A stretch of DNA of 63,772 nt, the filler included, from Rhabdomonas costata (Eukaryota): assembly GCA_019059605.1 (NCBI GenBank). It is 58 parts of 58 records of this genome, joined end to end, with 100 filler letters (N's around TTAATTAATTAA, not from the genome) between each part and the next. Parts side by side here need not be neighbours in the genome. Positions count along the whole stretch, not along the records: positions 1 to 1,002 come from JAHMHO010034358.1; positions 1,103 to 2,104 come from JAHMHO010034359.1; positions 2,205 to 3,206 come from JAHMHO010034360.1; positions 3,307 to 4,308 come from JAHMHO010034361.1; positions 4,409 to 5,410 come from JAHMHO010034362.1; positions 5,511 to 6,512 come from JAHMHO010034363.1; positions 6,613 to 7,614 come from JAHMHO010034364.1; positions 7,715 to 8,716 come from JAHMHO010034365.1; 50 more parts are not named here. One strand, written 5' to 3'. The notes beneath the pieces were generated by a model that saw only the letters and a list, made by a program, of their open reading frames with translations, searched no databases and had not been told where the DNA came from. Of the stretch, positions 1 to 10,125 are shown piece by piece. Position numbers and translations under genes: made by a program. Each line of letters starts with the position of its first letter. Within the stretch, counting starts at the first letter, position 1.

Positions 1-370
1 GGTGTGTGTTCAGTGCGTCTTACCACGCGACAGCATAGAATTAACTCTTTAGGAAAGTGGGGGATAGTTCCTAGAAGGGGACAGGAGGAGGATGAAAGCC
101 GAAGAGTAGGCATTGTTGAGGTGGATTTCGTAGCAGGTGTGCGAGTTGGATGAAGGGGAGAAATATTTGTCACTATTTGTCACCAGTGACATTCGCACAG
201 AGCATTGCTTAAGTGAAGGAAGGCAAGCGAAGCAATTATGCGGCATATATTGATGGTTTATTCATGCATTACCACACGAGGAAAGCGCTCGAACCTTCTG
301 GCCCTATCCCTCACCAACTGTGGAAGTTTTGGCTTCCACCTCAACCCGAAGGAGAAGTTTGGGGCTGTAC

Positions 371-514
371 CTGCCCAGGCCGGCCTAGCTCGGAGTGGTG
401 CAGCAGCCCGTCCCGTCCCACCCCAAGGTCCACAAAGGCCCCAAACTGGGTGACGTTCCGGACAATACCGGCAACGGTCGCTCCGGGCTTCAGCTCAGCA
501 AGCGTCCGAGCACC
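371..514 (-). CDS. Internal exon encoding an S1 RNA-binding domain (Tex/YhgF-like)
   Basis: 48-codon exon flanked by CAG| and |GTACAG. Translates GARTLAELKPGATVAGIVRNVTQFGAFVDLGVGRDGLLHHSELGRPGQ, matching the S1 consensus GxVxNVxxFGAFVDIG..DGLxHxS. Confidence 0.85.
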
Positions 515-1002
515 CTGTGGTCCCCCAAAATCAGTAACCAAGAGATGACGGAAGGAACGTCACCACCCGCTATAGAATCACCGATCGTCCTTTCAATTTC
601 ACCTCTTGGGTTCCGTCGGAGCCGTCCCTGCACCACACCGCCACGGAAAGGAAAATGCTCTGTCGCGCGCAAGGTTGCAGAGCAGTGCTATTACTGCTCT
701 TTTCCGCCCAAGAACCGTATGGGTGCAAGTGTGCAACCATTGGTGCTGTGATGATTTTCAGATGCCCTTTGATATGGCCCAGAACGAGCGGGGGCTGTCA
801 TGGAACACATGAAACACAGTCCTAAATGACTCCGGAATGAATCCGGAGCGGAAGCAGGGTCTTGCGTGTTCGGGTTTCATCCCTCAATCGATCGCATTCG
901 CAAGGCGCAGAATCCTAAACATGCCCAAACCCGTGTGAACTCCATGACGAAGGCGGACTGACACTGGGAGTGATAGGAAAGAAATGAAGGACACACAAAC
1001 AC

Positions 1003-1102
1003 NNNNNNNNNNNNNNNNNNNNNNNNNNNNNNNNNNNNNNNNNNNNTTAATTAATTAANNNNNNNNNNNNNNNNNNNNNNNNNNNNNNNNNNNNNNNNNN
1101 NN
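1003..1102. other. Artificial contig spacer (first of 57): N-run + TTAATTAATTAA + N-run
   Basis: The same 100-bp block recurs about every 1101-1102 bp. TTAATTAATTAA places stops in all six frames, a standard pseudomolecule linker. Confidence 0.99.
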
Positions 1103-1681
1103 GGGTTGGGGTGTGATTACAGTCTTCACGGCTTCCACAGCATTAGGGTTCTCGGTGGACGGCAGCCTCTGCCCTTGTTGCGGAAGCGGTTCTTCCTTTT
1201 CTGCGAGTCCGGGTACCCCACCTCAAGTGGGCCGCACCGCACCCACTCTTCCAAGTTAACTTCCAGCGTTCCCAGCCGTGCATCCTCAAACTTTGCGGTG
1301 TGACACGCCACCCCGGAGCACTCGCAGAAGGGCTTCAGCGCCGGCGCAGCATACAGGTTCTTCCGCACTGCCTGAAGCTCCTGGAGCAGCAAAATGCGGC
1401 CAGCGCTGCGAGGGGCAGCATCACTGCCTCCGCCGCGCGGAATAGCTCGACCTGGGCCTTGTCCAGCGCCCCGAGGCATGCCATTGGTGGCAGCCCGACC
1501 TCCATCCGGTAGGGGATGAGGTTCCGCAGCTCGGAGGCTCTCAGGTCGGGTCGGCCCCCCTTCGCTTAATTTTCAATGGCCACCCGGTGCTGCAGGATCT
1601 CCCTTCCATCGTTCAGGCGCAGCTTTCTCCCATGGTGGAAGACAGGAGGTCGGCGCCGGACTCCGAGGCTACAGGCAGTGT

Positions 1682-1728
1682 GGGGCATTTCTTGGACCAG
1701 TGGCCAGGAACTCCACATTTCCTCCATT
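1682..1728 (-). pseudogene. Possible decayed CCHC zinc knuckle (gag-like remnant)
   Basis: Reads KWRKCGVPGHWSKKCP, i.e. CX2CX4HX4C with the first Cys as Trp (TGG). The frame is interrupted by stops nearby. Confidence 0.3.
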
Positions 1729-4408
1729 TGATCATTCTTCAGGAGCTGGGTGGATGGGTCGGAGCTTGAAAAAGGGAAAGAGGCAATGGCAGGGCATGTG
1801 GGTGAAACGGAGATGAGGGATGATGTTGCATTTGCTGGGATACAGGCATGTGAACTGCACCAGGAATGACCAGAAGTCGCCACCTCGTACTTTGGGTGGG
1901 ACCAAGACAAGCTGGCCGCTCTTCCCCCCAGAACTCTGGAAAGGCTTCACATAGAATGCTTACGGGCACGTCCGAGGTGCCGTAGTGCAATAGCACTACT
2001 CCTTCTACGCCTTCTACTCCTTCTTCTGGTGTAATAGCACTACTCCGGGCATTATGCCCATCCTCCGACTGGATCCTCTGGCAACAGTTCGTATCCCCAA
2101 CACANNNNNNNNNNNNNNNNNNNNNNNNNNNNNNNNNNNNNNNNNNNNTTAATTAATTAANNNNNNNNNNNNNNNNNNNNNNNNNNNNNNNNNNNNNNNN
2201 NNNNTTTGTTGGGTTCAGGCTCGAGATGCAACCCAACATTATGTCCATCGGGGCTGCTACGGAAGGGGTGGTCTTCGATGACTCGTTTCAAGCTGGTTCG
2301 GGGACTTCTTTTTTCTTTATGTTCAATTTGGTTCAAAGAATTGTAATTGACTCAAAATCTTACTCAAACACTCACCACAATCAAGGTCAGCGAAAGGGTA
2401 GCCTAACGTAGATCGACGGTTGGACTAATGGACTGACCGACAAACCTCTGAGAGATAAATGCGCCTGGGTGTCAAAGCTCGTCGCATAGACGTCGGGTGG
2501 CGTGTCTGTCTTTGGTGTCGCAGCGCAGTCCAAAAGACAGGCCGGATGCTCGAAGAAGGAAAGTCGCCACTATACCATGACGACAGACTCTCGCGCGTCT
2601 ATGACCCTGTTTGTGCAGAAAGGTTTTGGGTTCCCCCGTTTTTTCTCGCCCCCTTCCCTCTCTCTTGCGAGTTGACCCTGTCGTGCTTATTTTTCGCCCG
2701 CTATGTCTGCTTTGTTTCTCTTGCCTCGGTAAGTTATTGTTTTCTTCCTGTATCGTATGTGTATATATGACGCTCGCTATGGATGTAAATATGTTTCCAC
2801 AGATTTCGTTGAATCAAAAAACACTCCTCATCCTCTCACCGTCGCACACCACCCAGGCTTCTTCGGAGATTCGGGGTCACTTGGGGGGGGGGAGTATTCA
2901 TCTTTTGTTTTTGCCTTTGTCTTTTTCAGAAGTGACCTTGAGCCGGGTCTCTCCCAAAAGAATCAGATATGAAATGGAGACTACATGGTAAGTGTGAATT
3001 GATGGGAAGAGAGAGCGGCGAGAGGTAACACAGACTTCTCACTCTTATTTATGGGAATGTCTGTCGTGATTCAGAAACGTATCAAACCCGCCGAGGAGAG
3101 TGGAGAGTGAGAATAGACCTACAGTGGAGGATTTCAGTCTTCCCAGCCAAGTGGCACTTCCACCACATCCTCTCGAGCTTCCTCTGCCTTCTGCCTCAAC
3201 CCCCCCNNNNNNNNNNNNNNNNNNNNNNNNNNNNNNNNNNNNNNNNNNNNTTAATTAATTAANNNNNNNNNNNNNNNNNNNNNNNNNNNNNNNNNNNNNN
3301 NNNNNNGGGGTGGTGGTCAATAATGCCGCGGAGTTTTAAGAAGATTACGTTGAGTGAAATTCAAGACTTTTTTCATAGAGTTGAGAAATCAAAAAGGGCT
3401 TTGGATGTGTTTGTGGCTTTTTGATCTGACGTGTGGAATAGGAGTTTGATAATTGCGTAAAGCAATGGGTTGAATGGTGGTGTGTTTGAAATCTTTCTTC
3501 TTGCATTTGTTTGGGGTTTTTGTTGTAGGGGTTGAGTTCGTAGGGTTCCGCGCAAAAGGTTTTTGTGAAGGTTTGGGCGGTGGAGCTGTGTATCGTAAGT
3601 CGTGCAGTGTTTGGCTAGACATTTGCCTTGATTCGTACTGTTTGGCTGTTGCTGTGCTCACGTTGCTTCTACGCACAAGCCGGGAATAGGGGAAAGTTGT
3701 GAAATGCCAAATGGCACACTCACACCACCTGAAGTGCGCATGTTTGTTAGAAGGGAAAAGCCAAAGCACACCACAGGCATCAGGCAGTCAAAAGCACACA
3801 CTCCAAGCGGAATGGCAGCCCACACGCACGCAGTTTGCCAAGAGGTTTGTGTTTTGGAGTCAAATCTTGCGCGCCCTCGCACCCTCGTAGCCCCGCCACC
3901 ACAGCAGGAAGAGAAAGCACCACAACCTTCAGGTCACCGAGGAAAAGCGGGAGTCTCGAATGATCCCGCCATGCGCCGCGGAAGGAGGCTGAGTGTAATC
4001 AAAGCCAGGTATTTGGTGTATACCAAGGTAAGCCCCGGCAAAGCCCAACGCGCGTCACAGGCGTTCTGGAAGCGGTGAGCCCCAAGACGGGTCCGCAGTC
4101 CTGTGAACCCACCGTGACATGTAAGTGGCTAAGAAGAAGGCTGGGACGTCACAATTTCCCTTTCCTTTTTGAAACTTGAGTTGACCCCAGCCTAAAATGC
4201 CCGGCCATAGCGCGTCCAAACACCGCCTACCACAACGTGCTCGGCATTCGCTCCCATTTCCGTCACACGTCACACCGCGGAAGGTTTTTCAGAACATCCC
4301 ACCAACCCNNNNNNNNNNNNNNNNNNNNNNNNNNNNNNNNNNNNNNNNNNNNTTAATTAATTAANNNNNNNNNNNNNNNNNNNNNNNNNNNNNNNNNNNN
4401 NNNNNNNN

Positions 4409-4645
4409 TACGCCAATGTATCCGGGCAAGGCTCGGTTGTGTTTGTGGGCAAGGTGTGGGTTGTGGGAGGGCGAGTAAATGGGGCCCCGGTCAACACCGT
4501 GTGGAGCAGCAGCACTGGGGCCTCTGGAAGCTGGCAACAGACCTCGACCTCCAACCCGATCTTCAGTGCTCGAACCTGCTTCGGCTTCACCGTGTTGAAC
4601 GCCAAAATGTGGGTGGTTGGTGGTGGGGACGGATTACTTAGTGAT
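4409..4645 (+). CDS. Exon fragment of a Kelch-like beta-propeller protein
   Basis: Two repeats, VFVGKVWVVGG..NTVWSS and VLNAKMWVVGG..LSD, followed by donor GAT|GTATGC. Confidence 0.75.
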
Positions 4646-7600
4646 GTATGCTTCTCCTTACCCTCTCACTGAGTGGGTGTGGTCGTGAATATTAGATCCG
4701 CCATATTCTTTCATGCAGTGGGTAAACTTATAGGCACACTCAACAGTGCTTTGGGGCACTCAACGTCGACCACATTTGACGTTGTTATGCATGTTGTGCC
4801 GCAAAGGTTTACCGTTGTCCCAGTGTGTAGGGAGTTCTTTTGGGTTCGGGTTGGAGCGAGAGCGTTGACTGTTTCCTTCATCCAGCATTCCGTCGTCGTA
4901 AGTATCCATTTCAAGAGTCTTGTGGACTTTGGTAACCAGTGGAGCTAACCATCCAACTGATCAGCCTTCTATCCGTAGGCCCCCCTTTTTCCCTTTCGAA
5001 CAAGTGTTCCCAAGTTTTGGTCTTCTAAAGGGGTTAGGCTAAATATCTGTGGTATGATTGTTTGAGCTCTGCTATGTATATTCGGTTAATCCACGCTTGG
5101 GCTGCAGAGCACACAAGATTCCAGGTGTTTCCATTTGGTTATTGCTCGCCGTGCAAAGCGACCGCCAGTCGCGGGTAATGCAGAGCCAGCCGTTCAGCTT
5201 ATCTGTGTATCAGTCAGGTTGGCAGTCGGGCACATACCCAACCACGAAGCCTGCCGCAGCGCAGAGCTTTCCCAGCGCAGTTCGAGTTGCGGGGGCCTTG
5301 TCAAAACAAGAGTTCCGTCCTTGCATCCCGTCGACCAATATGCAAATGGAAACACCTGGAATCTTGTGTGCTCTGCAGCCCAAGCGTGGATTAACCGAAT
5401 ACACAAAAACNNNNNNNNNNNNNNNNNNNNNNNNNNNNNNNNNNNNNNNNNNNNTTAATTAATTAANNNNNNNNNNNNNNNNNNNNNNNNNNNNNNNNNN
5501 NNNNNNNNNNGTGGGGTTGGTGCATTGCGTGCTGGCTGTTGCCTGGTTGCCTGGATGCTTGGTTGTTGGCGACCACTGTGGACTGAAGGGCGCACGTCCT
5601 TTGGCCACGGGTGCTCGGGAGAGGTACCGTTAGAGCGAACGGTGGTGTGGGGTACCGGCTCACTGCCGAACGCTCCACACATGTCAACCTCCCTTCTTCC
5701 CCAAGGGTCCCGGGCCTTTGTTGCGCAGCTGTTCCTTTCCAAAGCAACGGCTACCAGCACTGCTCCATTGTTGGTGGGCCTGACGCACTGCCTTAAAAAC
5801 CTCTGTGGCCAGTTCCTCATTGCCGGGGCATTTGTCGGGGTGACACTCGAGGGCAGTTCTCCTCCCGGCAGCCCGTATAGCCGTTATGGAGGAGCCCGGG
5901 TTGCATGTTCAGAGTTTCGAATAGGGAACGGGAGAGCGCCTCACGTAGCCTCATCAGCTTTTCTTCCGTGGCCTTTTGGCCCGTTCATTTGCTCCCGCTT
6001 CCAGTCACGCCACTGCATGCTGTTGCTTGACGTGATTCCAGCTACTCCGCCATTAGTCCATGACGTCCATGCGGTTTTCTTGTGCTTCTCTGAGCAACAC
6101 TGTTCTCTCAGCGATTTCATATCTCTTCTTCCCGCGCTGAAGGCTTGCCAACGCCTCCTGCTCTACCTGGCTGATTTGAAAAACTCCGCTTCTGTTTTCG
6201 TCAATTATCGTCATTCTCCTCTCCTGTTCATTTTTCTCCCGCTGCGTTCCGTCGTCTTTCCTCGGAGGGATTTTGCCTTTGGCCTCTTGTTGCCCGTCCT
6301 CACTTCTGCCTCGCTCGGGTTCCGCAGATTGTGCATTGCACTGCACGGTGCGCTCTTCTCCTTCTTCGTAGTTGCCCTGCTCCTCTACTTGCTCTTCTGC
6401 CGTTCCACTTCTTGGCTTTTCGCTTTTCGCTTTTCGCTTGCGACTCCTGTCCTCGCGAAGTACCCCCAGTACCTCCTGTCTTCCAGTTGCTTTCCTGCTC
6501 TGACTACCCCCCNNNNNNNNNNNNNNNNNNNNNNNNNNNNNNNNNNNNNNNNNNNNTTAATTAATTAANNNNNNNNNNNNNNNNNNNNNNNNNNNNNNNN
6601 NNNNNNNNNNNNTGTTGTGGTTATTGCTATATATATTGAGCTTTTTAAGATTCTGAGGTAAGTGGGGCGTCACTGCAAGTACCTGCTGTGCGCTGCCCCC
6701 CGGAAAAAGGTCATGTGAGCCATGATTGTATTGTATATTTGGTGCTCGTGCGTCCTTGTTTTTTTCTTTTCTTTTTGGATGTATTTCTGCCTGCACTTCT
6801 GCCGTTCACTGCCTTGAAGGGCGACATGCTCATGCTTGGCACATTCTGAAGATTCGTTTGCTGTTGCGAGCTCGCCGCCAAAATGGTGATTTGTGGTGAC
6901 ACGGGTTAAAGTTGATGTGCTTCATGTGGAGTTTCGACAGCCCGTGGTTGGCCAGCCTGCGGTTGTTTGTGCCGACGCTCGACCCCTTTGAGCAGGCACC
7001 GTCTGTTGTGGGTGTTATTCAGGTTCATGATCCCAGTGAACTCCATCCCCGCTGTGTGGAGGTAAGTGCGTGCTCGCCTCACTCCCGTAACCCTTCTCCG
7101 TCTTTCCTATTTCTTGTATTGTATTCTGGAGAGCTTTTCATTGCCCTTCCTCTGCGTTTGTTTTGGAAAATAAATCCCAATCGCCCCGCAAGTGGACAGC
7201 GGTTCTCCAACCCCGGACCCCTCTTGTGTACACCACATGGTAAGCTTTACATGGGAACGTGCGTCGCTGTCCAACACATGGCAATTATGCTGGTCGTTGC
7301 GGAATGTAAGGCTGGCAGAATGTACCCTTTCCGTAAACCTCTCCTCCTCGTCATCATCCCGTGCTCTTCGGACGAGCCCATATGCAAAAGGGGTGCACCG
7401 CCACTTGGGCCACCTTTACAATCCTGAGGTAATACATCTCCATCCTCCTCTGCACAGCTCTTCATAACCAATGCACATCTTGGAGGATGGGATCTTACAG
7501 ATTCCTGTACTACTTCAACCCCATCACGTACGCGGTGAATTCTGCCCTTTCGATGCAGTACTACTGCATCGGCGCGGGATGCCCCACCGTTTCGGTCTTG

Positions 7601-7716
7601 CTCCCACCACCCCCNNNNNNNNNNNNNNNNNNNNNNNNNNNNNNNNNNNNNNNNNNNNTTAATTAATTAANNNNNNNNNNNNNNNNNNNNNNNNNNNNNN
7701 NNNNNNNNNNNNNNTG

Positions 7717-7776
7717 TTTGTTGTAAATTACATGAATCGTATTAGTGCTCAAGAGGCATTGAAGATGTTGATGTAA
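7717..7776 (+). CDS. 3' end of a Ser/Thr protein kinase gene (subdomain XI), 5'-truncated
   Basis: Reads FVVNYMNRISAQEALKMLM*. RISAxEAL is the classic kinase subdomain XI motif. Too short for the supplied ORF track. Confidence 0.65.
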   Translation, partial: FVVNYMNRISAQEALKMLM

Positions 7777-7778
7777 AT

Positions 7779-7819
7779 ATATTTTTTGAACTATTTTATT
7801 AAAACAGTTCAAAAAATAT
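7779..7819. terminator. AT-rich palindromic hairpin between convergent genes
   Basis: ATATTTTTTGAACT (7779-7792) pairs perfectly with AGTTCAAAAAATAT (7806-7819), then an A/C mismatch, TTTT/AAAA and a 3-nt loop. It starts 3 nt after the kinase stop codon. Confidence 0.7.
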
Positions 7820-7882
7820 GCGAAGTAAAAAAGCAAAGCAAAGCAAAGCAAGACAAGGCAATCAATGCAAAGTACAGCAAAG

Positions 7883-8500
7883 CTATGCAAAGTAGGAAGG
7901 ACAAACCAAGTAAAGTAAGTCAAGGCAAGACAAAGCTTTAACACGGCGAAGCTTTACTTCGTAATTTTCTAACTGTTCAATGAAATGACAGTTAGGATCA
8001 ACACGATCTCGGTAGCTACGAACATGATCCAGAGCTTTAACATATGTCAAAGAACACTCGCGCATTACGTGTGCCAGCACAATCGTTGCACTTCTACTTA
8101 TTCCTTTAAAGCAACACACAATGACCTCCCGGGCTTCACGTTGTTGCTGTAAGATGAAGTTGTAGCACGTGTCAAAATGTTCATCAAGTTTAACGTCGCG
8201 ATCTTCGAATGGAAGATGCAACATCGGGATTTGTTGCTGGTCAGTGTCAACAAAAGTATGTTGATCCGGAACAACAAGAATAACAGCAAAGTGTATATCC
8301 TTGTTTTTGTTAATGAATGCTTGGACATGTGCCCAACCAGTCAAGAACAGTTTCTTCCCGGTGCCGTACATTACCGTACTTACTTCCGATTTTGAAGGAG
8401 ACAACGTCTCATCACCACCCAAACTGACTGCCTGACGCGACGGAATACGTAGAGGCAACAAAAGTTTACGAGCCGACGTGGGCCTCACTGTGGTTTGCAT
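7883..8500 (-). CDS. Dual-specificity protein phosphatase, complete and intronless
   Basis: ATG at 8500. LPFED general-acid loop, VIVCCFKGISRSATIVLAHVM active-site loop (CX5R) and ALDHVRSYR..VDPNCHFIEQL C-terminal DSP motif. Confidence 0.93.
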   Translation of the reverse strand: MQTTVRPTSARKLLLPLRIPSRQAVSLGGDETLSPSKSEVSTVMYGTGKKLFLTGWAHVQAFINKNKDIHFAVILVVPDQHTFVDTDQQQIPMLHLPFEDRDVKLDEHFDTCYNFILQQQREAREVIVCCFKGISRSATIVLAHVMRECSLTYVKALDHVRSYRDRVDPNCHFIEQLENYEVKLRRVKALSCLDLLYLVCPSYFA

Positions 8501-8591
8501 TGTGATTCGCAAGTAGCAAAACGTAGAATAACTGCGTTAAGTACGTATTTACATACATAGAGATACATAAAATATGCAGTTAATTAATATT

Positions 8592-8599
8592 TCAATTTT
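8592..8599 (-). promoter_or_regulatory. AAAATTGA motif (Mimiviridae early-promoter-like) 92 nt upstream of the phosphatase ATG
   Basis: Plus-strand TCAATTTT equals minus-strand AAAATTGA, on the same strand as the DSP gene, in a very AT-rich 143-nt intergenic region. Confidence 0.5.
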
Positions 8600-8643
8600 T
8601 ATATATCTAATAGATTTAAAGAAAAAATATAATTTTTAATACA

Positions 8644-8716
8644 ATGAATCATCATGACATGTTATTTACTTTTATAAACAGTAATAACAAAGAAAAACAA
8701 GATGTAATCATAAAAA
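8644..8716 (+). CDS. 5' end of a divergent ORF of unknown function, 3'-truncated
   Basis: ATG-initiated frame MNHHDMLFTFINSNNKEKQDVIIK stays open to the contig end despite very AT-rich sequence. Confidence 0.4.
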
Positions 8717-9929
8717 NNNNNNNNNNNNNNNNNNNNNNNNNNNNNNNNNNNNNNNNNNNNTTAATTAATTAANNNNNNNNNNNNNNNNNNNNNNNNNNNN
8801 NNNNNNNNNNNNNNNNGTTTGTGTTGAAAGTATCAGCAGGAGCCTGTGCGTAAACCTGCGAATGTTGGACGTACAACTGAGATGGAATTTTGACAGTCGA
8901 AACTCTCGTCTTCCTCTCGTCTTTTTACTAATCGTTTTTAACAGAGATTTACAAAACTGTGAACAGTGGTGCTCAGGTTGCTCCTGCTGGTGGAGAGAAG
9001 CCCAAGCCGCCAACCTCAGGAAATGCTGTAGTCGACGTTACTAAAGGTGCGCCGGTGGATCCCACATGGTTCATGGTGTCTTCTCCATTTGTTTGAGGTG
9101 AGGTAGCGTTTTACGACTGGACAACGCATGAACATTTGAGATATTGACTTTCCTTTGCATGGATTTTCACGACGAAAAGTTGCTGAAAAATCGCTTACTG
9201 TTCCTTTTTTGCCCCCAAGTCAGACAAGAAAGCCTTTGTCTTTTTCGAGCTTTTACAATCGAGGCAAAGCACCAGAGTTCACCAGAGTTCACCAGAGTTC
9301 GGGTTGCAAACAAGCAAGCAGTTTGTTGGTTTTGCGCTGCTCTCATTTAATTTAAGAGCTGGCATCGTTTTGGGGTTCTCGTTTTATCGCTGATTTTTCT
9401 ATTGCCGTTTACAGTTCCTGCCAAAGAACCTAAGAAAAAGTGCTGCGGGAAGAGCTGAGAATGACCCGGACTGCGGCGGCGTGTGTGGAGGTGCGAGGAA
9501 GTGCGCCTGGACACATTTGGCTAGCTCCAGGATCCTGCGGCCCCCCCTCCTCACCCTTCCTCGTTCACGCTTCCTCCTATATGCCCTTGACCGGCTTGGT
9601 TCCCTCAACAAGCACTTCCTCTCTGCACCCTTCGGTGTGCGTGGGGAGCGAGCGAGCCCCTCTCCTCAAGGGCCGGATTAGTTGTGGATAAAGTGATTGT
9701 TTATTCTGCTCTTCCTGCTGCTGTGTCGCCCGCGCATTTTCATCCTGTTGGCACGGCCTCATCAAAAGCCGTTTGCAGGCATCGACGACGGATGAAAATG
9801 CGCGGGCGACACAACACANNNNNNNNNNNNNNNNNNNNNNNNNNNNNNNNNNNNNNNNNNNNTTAATTAATTAANNNNNNNNNNNNNNNNNNNNNNNNNN
9901 NNNNNNNNNNNNNNNNNNGGTTGGGTTGC

Positions 9930-10125
9930 AAGCTCAGCCTGGACAAGGACACTTTGACCCGGGCCATCGTGGGGGCGATCGGGGACTTCGAGCCCCACCA
10001 ACTGGCCGACGCCAAGGGCTTCAACTCTCTCCTCTGGTACCTCAATGGCGTCACTGACGAGTACCGCGCCGCCCGCCGGGCGGAGATTCTGGGCACCACG
10101 CAGGCGGACTTCCGGAGGTTTGCGG
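9930..10125 (+). CDS. Exon of presequence protease (PreP/pitrilysin, peptidase M16C), C-terminal region
   Basis: LTRAIVGAIGDFEPHQLADAKGFNSLLWYLNGVTDEYRAARRAEILGTTQADFRRFA matches the PreP C-terminal pattern (AIIGTIGD.D..QLPDAKG..SL...L.GVTDE.RQ..REEIL.T...DF..FA). Confidence 0.9.

Noticed and set aside
2497-2570. Nested hairpins (GTGGCG/CGCCAC, CTGTCTTTGG/CCAAAAGACAG) with GAAA, resembling a hammerhead ribozyme
   Set aside because: The CUGANGA core is absent (CGGATGC) and the base after GAAA does not pair as required.
5525-6512. 347-aa ORF, the longest in the track
   Set aside because: Low-information Leu/Phe/Ser-rich translation of a pyrimidine-rich strand, with no motif and no host-like codon bias. 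Probably a shadow ORF of a purine-rich decayed element.
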